A DNA stretch of 48,572 nucleotides from a virus (lineage: Duplodnaviria; Heunggongvirae; Uroviricota; Caudoviricetes), in IMG/VR virus record IMGVR_UViG_3300028887_000066, positions 307,550-356,121 of that record; one strand, 5' to 3'. Shown piece by piece: positions 17,523 to 27,063 of this stretch. Below the pieces are notes generated by a model, which did no database searches, was not told where the DNA came from, and saw only the letters and a list, made by a program, of their open reading frames with translations. Both the position numbers and the translations under genes were made by a program. Position 1 is the stretch's first letter, and each line of letters begins with the position of its first letter.

Positions 17523-17783
17523 ATGAAAAATATTAGTTTTAGATTCCCAACAAGCATTAGGGATATAAAGGTACTTTGGAAGGAGTATACAAGTAAGCGT
17601 TACAGGAAGAATATTGAAGTTATGCGTAAAATGACAGACTTTTACATTCGTAATGTGCTTAAAGGAAGATGGGGAGAGGTTGCTGATGGAAAAGTTGTAA
17701 AATGGTCTGATGGCGATAAAAGGCAATTTGAAAGAGAAATGTGGGAGAAATGCAATAGTTATATTCACGATTTAATGGAATAA
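17523..17783 (+). CDS. Hypothetical protein
   Basis: ORF track. Confidence 0.7.
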   Translation: MKNISFRFPTSIRDIKVLWKEYTSKRYRKNIEVMRKMTDFYIRNVLKGRWGEVADGKVVKWSDGDKRQFEREMWEKCNSYIHDLME

Positions 17784-17787
17784 AGTT

Positions 17788-17982
17788 ATGAAGCTCTGGA
17801 AAGTACATATTAGAACATATATTTTTGGTATTCGACACTATGATTTGTTTGTATTATCTGATACCGAAAGTAATATGTTAAGAACCGTATATAATCATCC
17901 AACTTATCGTAAAGATGATGATGCTGAAATAGTAGAGTATAAAGAAATTGATTTGAACGATTCTGAAAATAGAGTATTATGA
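17788..17982 (+). CDS. Hypothetical protein
   Basis: ORF track; ATGA overlap with the next gene. Confidence 0.7.
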   Translation: MKLWKVHIRTYIFGIRHYDLFVLSDTESNMLRTVYNHPTYRKDDDAEIVEYKEIDLNDSENRVL

Positions 17983-18332
17983 ATAAGATTTGCACCTCAT
18001 TTAAACAATCCAAGAAACTAATTGAACTTGGAATTGATGTTAATACGGCTGATATGCACTACTCTACTTGGACAATTTTGAAAGAAGGAGAATATATTTT
18101 ATCTCCGAATCAAGGAGAAACAATAGAAGAACTACAAGAAGATTATGGGAATCAGGTTATTCCTGCGTGGAGTCTTTCTGCATTATTAAGGCTAATGCCA
18201 AATTTTAATATGTTTAAACGAACAATTGAATGTAGAATAGAAACTACTAATCATTTAATAGATAAGGCTTGTGATCCAATTGATGCTGCATTTGAAATGG
18301 TAGTGTGGCTAAAAGAAAATGGGAAGCTATGA
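17979..18332 (+). CDS. Hypothetical protein, paralog of 16259-16660
   Basis: QSKKLIELGIDVNTADMHY...PAWSLSALLRLMP...DAAFEMV. Confidence 0.8.
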   Translation: MNKICTSFKQSKKLIELGIDVNTADMHYSTWTILKEGEYILSPNQGETIEELQEDYGNQVIPAWSLSALLRLMPNFNMFKRTIECRIETTNHLIDKACDPIDAAFEMVVWLKENGKL

Positions 18333-18379
18333 TTGGAGATTTTGGACAGAAAAGAAATTGATGGAGAAATAGAAACAAT

Positions 18380-19516
18380 ATGGAAAATAATACTATCTTA
18401 TTCAAAGAGTTTTTCAATGGCGAATCATTGAAACTTAATTGGAAATATATTGATACGATACCCGAATTTAAAAAGTTAAAGGATTGTCAGCAGACACCAA
18501 AATGGCATTTAGAGGGTAATGCATATCAACATGTCAAAGCATGCGTGGAACAAGCGTATAAACTTCTTCCTGAATTTGATGGAAAAATCGATAACTATAA
18601 GAGGATATTTTTAATTTCCGTACTCTTCCATGACATTGGTAAGATTACTACTACCCGATTTATGAAGGAAGATTGGCATTCATATAATCACGAGATTGAG
18701 GGGGAAATAATTACGCGACGCATTTTATGGGATTATCCGACATATGCCCGTGAAACTGTATGCTCGATGGTTAGGTGGCACATGGAACGTTGCGGTTTAG
18801 CACGTTGCAGAAATATCTTTGAAAAATGTAGCAAACTTTGGTTTGAAGTCGATGGGGATATTTCGCTTTTGTATTATGTAATGAAGTGTGACATATTAGG
18901 GAGCATCCCTCAAGATATGTCAACAAGAACTCTTGATTTGAACATTATTGAGACGATTCGTAGTTTAGCCACAGATAAGTACGTAGTGGGAGCGAATTCC
19001 AAACAAGTAAAACGCCATATTTTTAATAAGGTTAGTGTTTGGGAACCTGTTGACACGTTGCCTACCGTTACAATGCTTATTGGGCTTCCTGGTGCAGGAA
19101 AAGACACATTCATTTCAAGGATCAATCGGGAAGATACTGTAGTTATTTGCCGTGACGACATCAGGGAGGAACTTGGTTATTGTAAACCAAATGAAAAGAG
19201 GGTTCTACCTACGGCCTTAGAGAATAAAGTGTCTGAAGTATGTAATGCGCGAATGATTGAAGCGGCTTCACAAGGTAAGAATATTATCATAAATAATATG
19301 AACTTGAAAAGGAAGTATCGTGATGCCTACAAGCAGCTACTTTCAAAATATAAGTACCAGTGGATATACCAATACATCGAAGCTCCGACATTAGCTGATA
19401 ACATTAAAAGACGAGACGGACAAATTGCACCCGAAATTCTTGCTGAAATGATCAATAAGATTGAGTGGCCTACGGCAGAGGAATTTGATGTAATGTTTAT
19501 AGAAAAACAATCATGA
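18380..19516 (+). CDS. HD-Pnk-like RNA end-healing enzyme (HD phosphoesterase plus P-loop kinase)
   Basis: WHLEGNAYQH, LFHDIGK, MVRWHM; LIGLPGAGKDT, ICRDDIR. Confidence 0.88.
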   Translation: MENNTILFKEFFNGESLKLNWKYIDTIPEFKKLKDCQQTPKWHLEGNAYQHVKACVEQAYKLLPEFDGKIDNYKRIFLISVLFHDIGKITTTRFMKEDWHSYNHEIEGEIITRRILWDYPTYARETVCSMVRWHMERCGLARCRNIFEKCSKLWFEVDGDISLLYYVMKCDILGSIPQDMSTRTLDLNIIETIRSLATDKYVVGANSKQVKRHIFNKVSVWEPVDTLPTVTMLIGLPGAGKDTFISRINREDTVVICRDDIREELGYCKPNEKRVLPTALENKVSEVCNARMIEAASQGKNIIINNMNLKRKYRDAYKQLLSKYKYQWIYQYIEAPTLADNIKRRDGQIAPEILAEMINKIEWPTAEEFDVMFIEKQS

Positions 19517-19518
19517 TA

Positions 19519-19550
19519 TTTGGCTATTACAAAAAATAGTCTTATATTTG
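19519..19550 (+). promoter_or_regulatory. Bacteroidetes-type promoter for the RNA ligase
   Basis: TTTG 19519-19522, 20-nt spacer, TATATTTG 19543-19550 then CA. Confidence 0.8.
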
Positions 19551-19588
19551 CAGAGAAAAATAAACTAATTAAATTTTAAGAATAAATT

Positions 19589-21406
19589 ATGGGAAAAACA
19601 GTTTTTACAAAGTCCGACAACTTCAAAAGTGAATATAGTTGTGCGGTTGTGAAAATCAATGAGCTTACTCCGATTGAGGGTTCTGATTTCCTTGCGAAAA
19701 CACTTGTGTTCGGTACACAGATTGTTGTACGTAAGGATCAAGTAAAAGAAGGTGACATTATGCTTTATGCTGCAAATGAGACACAGCTTAATGAAGACTT
19801 CCTTTCGGTAAATAACCTGTTTGAAATCGGATGTCGTGAGAAAAATGCAAATGCCGATGAGGTTAACAAAATTATGGCTCCATATATGGTTATCAAGGCA
19901 AAAGCCGACAAACTCAAGAATGATGCCAAGCAAGTTAAGGGGGCTATGGATTCGCTCACCAAAAAAGCCGCAAAGATTAACAAGGAAAACAGGAAAAAGG
20001 AGAAGACCCTTGAATCCTATAACCCAACCTCTGAAGAGTATCTTGCATTAAAGGGTGAAATTGCTGAAGCTCAAGCTAAGGCTGATGACTATCTTGCAAA
20101 GGCTACAGCGAAAACGACGGTTTATACCAATCTCAAAAAGGAGGCAGAAGACCTCATCAAGTCTGGTGCTGACATTGTGGCGGAGGCTAAGAAGCATGTC
20201 GGTTTCTTTAATAAGTATGGGCGAGTTCGTTGTCTCACTTTAAAGAATACTCCTTCATTCGGCTTTCTGTTTGGTGTAAATGAACTCATCAAGTTTGATA
20301 GCACTATTACAATGGAGGATGTTGAGGCTTATGTTGGGCAAGAATTCGATACGGTAAACGACGTTCTTTTTGTTAAAGTTTATGTTCCGCCTATGCCTCA
20401 AGAGCAGGTGCATAAAGGTAATAAGAACAAGGCTCAGAACAAAATTAAGCGTTTTGACCGTATGATTGATGGAGAATTCTTCTTCCATTATAATACTACA
20501 CAGCTTCAAAAGACCATTGACCTGTTCCGACCTGATGATGTTATCAGTGTATCAGTAAAACTGCATGGTACAAGCTCTATTATCGGTAAAGTTCATGTAA
20601 AACAACAAATCAAACTGCCATTCCTGAAACATTGGTTTAATAAGTTTGTTGATGCTACAGGGCTTTTCAAGAATAAGCGCATAACTGACTACGAAGTAGT
20701 TTATGGCCCTGTATATTCATCAAGAACCGTCATTAAGAACCGATACATAAACCAAGATGTAAACGGAGGATACTACAAGGCTGATGTTTGGACTGAATAT
20801 GGTGATATTATCTACCCATATCTTGACGATGGTATGACTATCTATGGTGAAATCTGTGGTTATATTACAGGTACTGAAACACCGATTCAAAAACTGTATG
20901 ATTACGGTTGTGATAAGGGTCAGAATTTCATTATGCTGTACCGTATCACCACTACCAACGAAGATGGGTCTAAGCGTGAATGGGAAGTTCCTGAAGTGCT
21001 TGAATGGACTAATAAGCTTATTGAGCGAATGAAGGAGAATGGGGATGAAAATTGGAAAAAAATTCATCCTATCGATCTTCTGTATCACGGAACACTTGAG
21101 GATCTTTATCCTGAATTGGATACCGAAAATCATTGGCACGAGAATGTTCTTGAGGCGATGAAAAACGACAAGGAGCATTTCAAGATGGAAATGAATGAAC
21201 CACTCTGCACGTTCAATGAGGTTCCTCGTGAGGGTGTATGTGTTCGTAAATTCGAAGACAAAATACTTGAGTGCTTCAAATTGAAGACCGTATCCTTCGG
21301 ATTAAGAGAAGCCTTGCTTGTTGATTCTGGCGAAGTTGACATAGAAATGGCTGAAGGCTATACAGACGATGACACAACAAGCGAAAACGCTTCTGAGGAA
21401 GCTTAA
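19589..21406 (+). CDS. ATP-dependent RNA ligase (Rnl2/DRB0094-like) with N-terminal OB domain and helical insertion
   Basis: PIEGSDFL...VVRKDQVKEGD OB region; SVKLHGTS (motif I), YGEICG (III), EGVCVR (IV), FKLKT (V). Confidence 0.85.
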   Translation: MGKTVFTKSDNFKSEYSCAVVKINELTPIEGSDFLAKTLVFGTQIVVRKDQVKEGDIMLYAANETQLNEDFLSVNNLFEIGCREKNANADEVNKIMAPYMVIKAKADKLKNDAKQVKGAMDSLTKKAAKINKENRKKEKTLESYNPTSEEYLALKGEIAEAQAKADDYLAKATAKTTVYTNLKKEAEDLIKSGADIVAEAKKHVGFFNKYGRVRCLTLKNTPSFGFLFGVNELIKFDSTITMEDVEAYVGQEFDTVNDVLFVKVYVPPMPQEQVHKGNKNKAQNKIKRFDRMIDGEFFFHYNTTQLQKTIDLFRPDDVISVSVKLHGTSSIIGKVHVKQQIKLPFLKHWFNKFVDATGLFKNKRITDYEVVYGPVYSSRTVIKNRYINQDVNGGYYKADVWTEYGDIIYPYLDDGMTIYGEICGYITGTETPIQKLYDYGCDKGQNFIMLYRITTTNEDGSKREWEVPEVLEWTNKLIERMKENGDENWKKIHPIDLLYHGTLEDLYPELDTENHWHENVLEAMKNDKEHFKMEMNEPLCTFNEVPREGVCVRKFEDKILECFKLKTVSFGLREALLVDSGEVDIEMAEGYTDDDTTSENASEEA

Positions 21407-21426
21407 AGGTTAACTAATAAAATTAC

Positions 21427-21461
21427 CCACCGATAATATTTTTATTATCGGTGGATTTTTT
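21427..21461 (+). terminator. Intrinsic terminator
   Basis: CCACCGATAATA-TTTT-TATTATCGGTGG followed by a T-run. Confidence 0.85.
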
Positions 21462-21502
21462 ATATTCTTTAGACATATTTATTATATGTAAAAAGTTTCA
21501 AA

Positions 21503-21754
21503 ATGTTTATTGTTGAAGAAAGATACGAGCATTGGAGCAAAGACGGAAAAAAGTGGACGAATTGGTTTCGTGCATCCGTACATGATACAGAAGAAATGGC
21601 AAAAGAGGATATGAAATCATCAAAAGAGTTATCCAAATCAATTGATAAAGCTACAAAATTAAAACATGAGTTTTCAGTAAGAGAAATGACACAGGAAGAA
21701 ACGGATGAATATAATAAACCGAAGGAAAAAGCTCCTAAAAGGAAAAAGAAATGA
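21503..21754 (+). CDS. Small basic hypothetical protein
   Basis: ORF track; TATTTAT at 21476-21482 upstream. Confidence 0.65.
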   Translation: MFIVEERYEHWSKDGKKWTNWFRASVHDTEEMAKEDMKSSKELSKSIDKATKLKHEFSVREMTQEETDEYNKPKEKAPKRKKK

Positions 21755-21767
21755 CGAGTAGGAATTG

Positions 21768-21995
21768 TTATTCCCGCCCGTCATCTATTTTTTCTATTCT
21801 ATCACTCGTTACAAGAAACATATTGCAGAGAATATTATTGTCTATCGTTACAAACGCAAACTCAACTCCTGTTTTTTTGTTCTTTATAACGTGTCTTACA
21901 ACGCCTGTACGCTCGATTTTTCCTCCGCCTAATAAAGTATATTCGGCGCGTATTTTATCGCCGTCAGAAAGCGTTTTTCCGTTTTTATCTACCAT
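21768..21995 (-). CDS. Hypothetical small beta-rich protein
   Basis: ORF track; TAATG overlap with the clpP stop. Confidence 0.65.
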   Translation of the reverse strand: MVDKNGKTLSDGDKIRAEYTLLGGGKIERTGVVRHVIKNKKTGVEFAFVTIDNNILCNMFLVTSDRIEKIDDGRE

Positions 21996-22666
21996 TACAT
22001 TTTCTTGTTAATAACTGAGTCCACCAAACCGATGTCAACGGCTTCCTGCCCAATATACCACGAATTCCTTTTACAGAGTTCCTCGACCTCATTGTAGTCT
22101 TTACCCATATTCTCGGCAAGAATCTTGTAGATGTCCTCCTTACAACGTTTTGTCTGCTCAAATTCAATCTCCATATCGGGATATGTACCGCTAAGATGGC
22201 TTGATACTGAATGAATCATCACACGACTGTGAGGAAGCACAAGACGTTTACCTTTTGTGCCGCTTGAAAGCAATACAGCACCCATCGAAGCCGCCATTCC
22301 TGTACACGTCGTCTGAACATCACAAGTAATCATATTGAGAGTGTCAATAACGCTTAATCCATCCACTACAGAACCTCCTGGACTTGATATATAAATATTG
22401 ATGTCATTACTACCTATTGAGTTAAGGTACAATAATTCTGCGACAACCACGTTACATGTGTCTGTATTGAACTCGTTGCCAAAGAAAATGATTCTATCAC
22501 ACAGCATTTTGCTGTATATATCAAATACACCATAATGGTTCGTGCTTTCCTCCATAACCATCGGTGTAAGTGAATTGTTTGTCTTTTTTACAATGTCATC
22601 GAATACACTCATTCTTACATTCTTTTCCATTGCAAATTTTCTAAAATCTTTTGTCAAATTATTCAT
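21995..22666 (-). CDS. clpP: Clp protease proteolytic subunit
   Basis: DIYSKMLCDRIIFF, YISSPGGSV, GMAASMGAVLL (Ser), RVMIH (His). Confidence 0.95.
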   Translation of the reverse strand: MNNLTKDFRKFAMEKNVRMSVFDDIVKKTNNSLTPMVMEESTNHYGVFDIYSKMLCDRIIFFGNEFNTDTCNVVVAELLYLNSIGSNDINIYISSPGGSVVDGLSVIDTLNMITCDVQTTCTGMAASMGAVLLSSGTKGKRLVLPHSRVMIHSVSSHLSGTYPDMEIEFEQTKRCKEDIYKILAENMGKDYNEVEELCKRNSWYIGQEAVDIGLVDSVINKKM

Positions 22667-22669
22667 ATT

Positions 22670-23767
22670 TTAATGCTTTTGTTTCTTTTCCTCTTCTAAT
22701 TCGTAAAATTCCTCCAACAAATCAAGTTGCTTATCTGTAAGCTTTGTCGGCACTTCATATTTTATCCTGATAATCAATGAACCTACGCTATTGCCATCAT
22801 TTACGTTTGGTAGTCCCTTGCCTCTTACTTGGAATTGTTTGCCATCTTCAGTAAGCTTCGGTATTCTAACCCTTACCATAGTACCATCAAGACATTTTAC
22901 CATTTTTTCACACCCGTTCCATGCATCGAACAGATTCACTCTCAGATCCATTCTAAGATTTTGACCGTCAATAGTAAATGTTCCATGAGGTAATACATGG
23001 AAATAAAGATTAAGATTTCCCGCAACAGAATTGTTATTACCGACATTCATAGGTGAATTACCTTCATATTTGAATGTCATACAAGCCCCGTCAAATATAC
23101 CCTTTGGTATTGTTATGGTTTTTGTTACGGATTCTTTTTTAACTCCTGTACCATTACAATATGGGCATTTTTCTGATGGTTTTGTGCCTGTTCCTCCACA
23201 TTCAGGACAAGTGGTTTGTTGTATAAATGTCTGATTACCCATTCTTGTGACATTTTTTATTATACCACTACCACCGCACTTTGGGCATTGTACCGTCTTA
23301 CCGTTCTTTGAACCTGTTCCGTTACAATGAATACACGAAATCAATTTATTGAATCTTATTGTCTTTGTAACTCCGTTCAATACATCTTCCAATGTAACAT
23401 CTACAGATACATTGGCATCTTCACCCTTAATAGTTCTTTGTCGATGGGTAAAATGCCCGAATCCTCCCATCATGTCCGAAAAATGATCACCGAATCCCTC
23501 AAATGGGTCAAAACCACCAAAATTAAAACCGCCACTTGACTGAAAATCATATTGTTGGCGTTTTTTAGGGTCTGACAAGGTATCATGAGCTTCATTTATC
23601 TCCTTGAATTTCTCTTCGGCTTCTTTATTTCCAGGATTTCTATCTGGATGATATTTTATACTTAAATCCCTATATACTTTCTTTAATTTCTTTTGAAAAT
23701 CATCTTGAGAAAGTTTTTTATCTTCCTCTGTCAAACCAAGTATTTTATAATAATCCTTGTTTTCCAT
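22670..23767 (-). CDS. dnaJ: Full-length class A J-domain co-chaperone
   Basis: DYYKILG...KYHPDRN J-domain, G/F-rich region, four CxxCxGxG repeats, C-terminal domain. Confidence 0.95.
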   Translation of the reverse strand: MENKDYYKILGLTEEDKKLSQDDFQKKLKKVYRDLSIKYHPDRNPGNKEAEEKFKEINEAHDTLSDPKKRQQYDFQSSGGFNFGGFDPFEGFGDHFSDMMGGFGHFTHRQRTIKGEDANVSVDVTLEDVLNGVTKTIRFNKLISCIHCNGTGSKNGKTVQCPKCGGSGIIKNVTRMGNQTFIQQTTCPECGGTGTKPSEKCPYCNGTGVKKESVTKTITIPKGIFDGACMTFKYEGNSPMNVGNNNSVAGNLNLYFHVLPHGTFTIDGQNLRMDLRVNLFDAWNGCEKMVKCLDGTMVRVRIPKLTEDGKQFQVRGKGLPNVNDGNSVGSLIIRIKYEVPTKLTDKQLDLLEEFYELEEEKKQKH

Positions 23768-23803
23768 TATTTTTTAACAGTTATTGTTACTTGTTAAATA
23801 TAC

Positions 23804-23835
23804 AAAAAAATCCCATAGGGAAAAATGCCTATGGG
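23804..23835 (-). terminator. Intrinsic terminator after ssb
   Basis: CCCATAGG-N8-CCTATGGG with an adjacent A-run on the plus strand. Confidence 0.7.
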
Positions 23836-23868
23836 AACAAAAACATAAACAATGACGAGATAAGGTCA

Positions 23869-24342
23869 TTAGAATGGAAGTTCCTCGTCATCATCAGATG
23901 CCACATTTTGTACGGGAGCCGATGACGGCTTTTCAGTTTTGGCCGAAGTTGCTGAAGTAGTTACTTTGATTTCCTCTTCTTTCTTTTCTTTCTCTTCCAC
24001 GGTCTGAATCGAGGATTCCCCACCGTCATCCTTTCTAAGTGAGGGAAAGTTGACGGCATTTGCATTGATCGTAAGCCGTAACCGATCCACTCCATTATTA
24101 TCTTTTGCCAATGAAACATCAAGGTCTCCTGTAACAAATATGTATTTACCCTTTGTCAAATATGGGACAAGATTCCTGTACCTGTCTGCCGACGGTATAA
24201 TAACATCATACCATGTTGTCTTCTGAATATTTTTCAAACGGGAATTACAAGCCATCGAAAAGGCTATAAATTCATTTCCGTTTGCTGATGCAAAAATCTT
24301 TGCATCACGGCCTAAATGACCGTCAACTGTAATCATTTGCAT
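23869..24342 (-). CDS. ssb: Single-stranded DNA-binding protein
   Basis: ITVDGHLGRDA OB start, LTKGKYIFVTG, acidic tail DDDEELPF. Confidence 0.92.
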   Translation of the reverse strand: MQMITVDGHLGRDAKIFASANGNEFIAFSMACNSRLKNIQKTTWYDVIIPSADRYRNLVPYLTKGKYIFVTGDLDVSLAKDNNGVDRLRLTINANAVNFPSLRKDDGGESSIQTVEEKEKKEEEIKVTTSATSAKTEKPSSAPVQNVASDDDEELPF

Positions 24343-24366
24343 ATTGCTATATACTATTAAATTTTT

Positions 24367-24792
24367 TTAAAATCTTGCCTTTTTCATAAAATGCTCAATG
24401 TTTTCGCAGATATAGTCCAACTCGTTATCTACAATACTACGAACCATATCAACGTTCAAGAACGTACCGTTCTGTGTAGAAAGCGGCGACTTCGCAAAAC
24501 GTCTCTTTGCTATCTTGATACCGTACTCTTCATTGAATTTGTCTGTATTGTTGCAGATGGCATAACCCATATTAAACTGCTTCAACGGTGAACGGAATTT
24601 ATTCAAACTGTCGATAATCACAGGTTCGCCTACCGTTTTGATTGCGCGTCCCTTACGGGTAAATGTTACTGGAGCATAGCCATACAGATGCTCATTCTCT
24701 GTTACCTCACCGTAAACCAATACAATGTGAGACACACCATTCTTGTCTACCACCTCCTTGTAATTGTGGTACTTTTTAATACGCTTATTCAT
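24367..24792 (-). CDS. Hypothetical protein
   Basis: ORF track. Confidence 0.75.
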   Translation of the reverse strand: MNKRIKKYHNYKEVVDKNGVSHIVLVYGEVTENEHLYGYAPVTFTRKGRAIKTVGEPVIIDSLNKFRSPLKQFNMGYAICNNTDKFNEEYGIKIAKRRFAKSPLSTQNGTFLNVDMVRSIVDNELDYICENIEHFMKKARF

Positions 24793-24835
24793 TTTTCTAA
24801 ATTTTAATATTAAAATTATGTTAATTTATTTTTAT

Positions 24836-25195
24836 TTAATCCGTAATCAATTGCTTGTCTATTGAAGGTTTGGAATCTTTTGTGGTGAACATGTTAATAT
24901 ATCTTTGCTCTTCGCCTGTAAGCGAAGTAAATTTAACATCCCCATTTTCCCACTTATTACGAAGTTCCTTATACCATTCCAAATATACAGATTCTTTGTT
25001 TAAATCCTGCTGAATTTCATTGTCAGGTTTTAAGCCCAAACGTTGTCTATATTTAAAAGCTGTAATTTCACACCACTTAGAGGCAATGAATGGCCCCCAT
25101 ATACGTTCAATCATCTCAATTACTTCTACATCATAATTGTTATAATGAGGTGTATGGTTTACAAAATCATATTCTTGCTTAACTTGATCATTCAT
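24836..25195 (-). CDS. DUF3310 (SaV-like) protein
   Basis: VNHTPHYN...VIEMI...AFKYRQRLGLK...QDLNK. Confidence 0.85.
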   Translation of the reverse strand: MNDQVKQEYDFVNHTPHYNNYDVEVIEMIERIWGPFIASKWCEITAFKYRQRLGLKPDNEIQQDLNKESVYLEWYKELRNKWENGDVKFTSLTGEEQRYINMFTTKDSKPSIDKQLITD

Positions 25196-25229
25196 ATATT
25201 ATATTCTTTTCTTAAAATTACAAAAAATA

Positions 25230-25772
25230 TTAGATACCAAGAAACTTGAGTACAAAGTTATACAGCGAATCATAATGCTCACATTCCTTGTAGTCCTTAT
25301 TGTATGCCGCATCAATACATACTTTTTTCTCTGAATTGTCAACCTTCAAAAAATCAGGATTATCATCTACGATGACATCACTTTTGATCAAGTCCTTTTC
25401 TTTTGTGAAGCAAATGTCATCATAATATATCTCATTTGCTTTTAAGAACTCCAATGTATATACTTTCGCCTCATGTGTAAATTGCCAAGTGCAAATTACA
25501 ATCTTATGCCCTGCCCTATGAAGCATATTGATGGCTTCCTTAGCCCCATTACACATAGGACTGTACCTGAATATATCTTCAGCTTTATCAACAAAAAAGA
25601 AATCAGTGGCAAGTTTGTTTTTCTTGGTAATTACATTTGGGAATGATGTATTGACATTATAGTCGATTATATCATTGGCTGTTAGTTGCCCATCACATTC
25701 CTCATTGTAAATTTTCAACATTGTCGGAATAATGTCACGTATGACACCATCCATATCAATTTTTATAGTCAT
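25230..25772 (-). CDS. HAD-family 5'(3')-deoxyribonucleotidase
   Basis: IDMDGVIRD motif I and VIVDDNP motif IV. Confidence 0.85.
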   Translation of the reverse strand: MTIKIDMDGVIRDIIPTMLKIYNEECDGQLTANDIIDYNVNTSFPNVITKKNKLATDFFFVDKAEDIFRYSPMCNGAKEAINMLHRAGHKIVICTWQFTHEAKVYTLEFLKANEIYYDDICFTKEKDLIKSDVIVDDNPDFLKVDNSEKKVCIDAAYNKDYKECEHYDSLYNFVLKFLGI

Positions 25773-25785
25773 ATTGTCAAAATTT

Positions 25786-26697
25786 TTATTTATGGTTATT
25801 TAGAAGCTCTTTAACCGTATGTAATTTTAAATAATTTCTCAATATTCCAGTAAAACTCTCCATTTTCACTTTTTCATATTCTCCCGTATCTTTAAGCCAT
25901 ATTAATGCCCTTGCTACAAATTCAAACCCCAAATTCATAATGAAGTGAGAATATATTCCAGCTTGTATTTTATAACCGCCAAGGTCATTATCTGGAAGCT
26001 CATCAAACGGTGAGAGCATGTTACCGAATGACTTGTAAAGGTCAGCGTTAGTTTTATAATCCATGAGATACAGCCTTGTCCTTAATTCTTCATAGTTATT
26101 GTCAGACTCAATATGTGGGTCATATACAAACAATAAATCCGCTGTTCCACTTACCCCCCAAGACAAATCAAACATCTGTACTTCAAACAAAATCGGAACA
26201 ATTGAAACTGGCAAATCATTCCAAAACCTGACTATTGCTTCCTCTTTTGGTTCTGCTGACTCGACATATTCTTTACCGTCAGGTTCTTTTTTTATTCTGC
26301 ATTTAAATTCCTCTGTAAGCCTATCGTACCTTTTCATCATAAAATATGCACAATTTTCACCGAATAGATGAATTTTTGTGCCATGATCAGTCGCTCTTTT
26401 TGAATTAGCGTGCCAAGACTCAAGTATTTCCTCCTTTGTCATTTGGTAATACTTATTGTTTGGGTCATTAAAGTATTTAAGTGAGCATCTTTCTGCTTGT
26501 GAGTCTTCGTCAAAACCCAATCTAAATGCATGACATACGTTACTTGTCGGGATAAGTTCGATACCTTTATAAAAATATTGGTGGGTTTCTTCAATGAATT
26601 CGATTCCCTTAAAGGCGTTTTCAATTTTATCCCTAATCATTTGATATTTAGGTTTATCCCAAATACCATCCCATTTTCCGTTATATAGCTTAGACAT
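25786..26697 (-). CDS. PD-(D/E)XK exonuclease (RecB/Cas4-like)
   Basis: HGTKIH, EVQMF...VSGTADLL...MDYKTN, YKIQAGIY. Confidence 0.85.
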   Translation of the reverse strand: MSKLYNGKWDGIWDKPKYQMIRDKIENAFKGIEFIEETHQYFYKGIELIPTSNVCHAFRLGFDEDSQAERCSLKYFNDPNNKYYQMTKEEILESWHANSKRATDHGTKIHLFGENCAYFMMKRYDRLTEEFKCRIKKEPDGKEYVESAEPKEEAIVRFWNDLPVSIVPILFEVQMFDLSWGVSGTADLLFVYDPHIESDNNYEELRTRLYLMDYKTNADLYKSFGNMLSPFDELPDNDLGGYKIQAGIYSHFIMNLGFEFVARALIWLKDTGEYEKVKMESFTGILRNYLKLHTVKELLNNHK

Positions 26698-27061
26698 ATT
26701 TCCTTTTCTCTTTTATACGTTCCCTTACCAGCCTTTGCGTGAGCTTATCGGCAATAATATCCCCATGACAACGCAATGGTTTACAGAAACACTCCAAATA
26801 AACATCCTCTCCTGCCTTATATGCCTCATATATCTTGTCAACAGCTTCAGTAAACTTTACATCAGAGCCATACATTACATCAAAGTAATGGTCATAATTA
26901 TCTATTGCGGTGTCCCTGTCCTTTACTACAAATTTAGCAAGTGTTTTCTTGTCCTTAATATGCGTCCAAGGATTTCCAAGAACTGAGCCTCTGCCTATAT
27001 AAAATACATTAGGCCCATAATGCTCCTCATTATTCTTATTATAAACATGTATTCCTGCCAT
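26690..27061 (-). CDS. DUF4326-family protein
   Basis: FYIGRGSVLGNPW...LECFCKPLRCHGDII; start ATG 27061. Confidence 0.85.
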   Translation of the reverse strand: MAGIHVYNKNNEEHYGPNVFYIGRGSVLGNPWTHIKDKKTLAKFVVKDRDTAIDNYDHYFDVMYGSDVKFTEAVDKIYEAYKAGEDVYLECFCKPLRCHGDIIADKLTQRLVRERIKEKRKYV

Positions 27062-27063
27062 AA

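Noticed and set aside
25786-26697. Cas4-like nuclease as part of a CRISPR system
   Set aside because: No array or other cas genes; solo PD-(D/E)XK exonucleases are common in phages.
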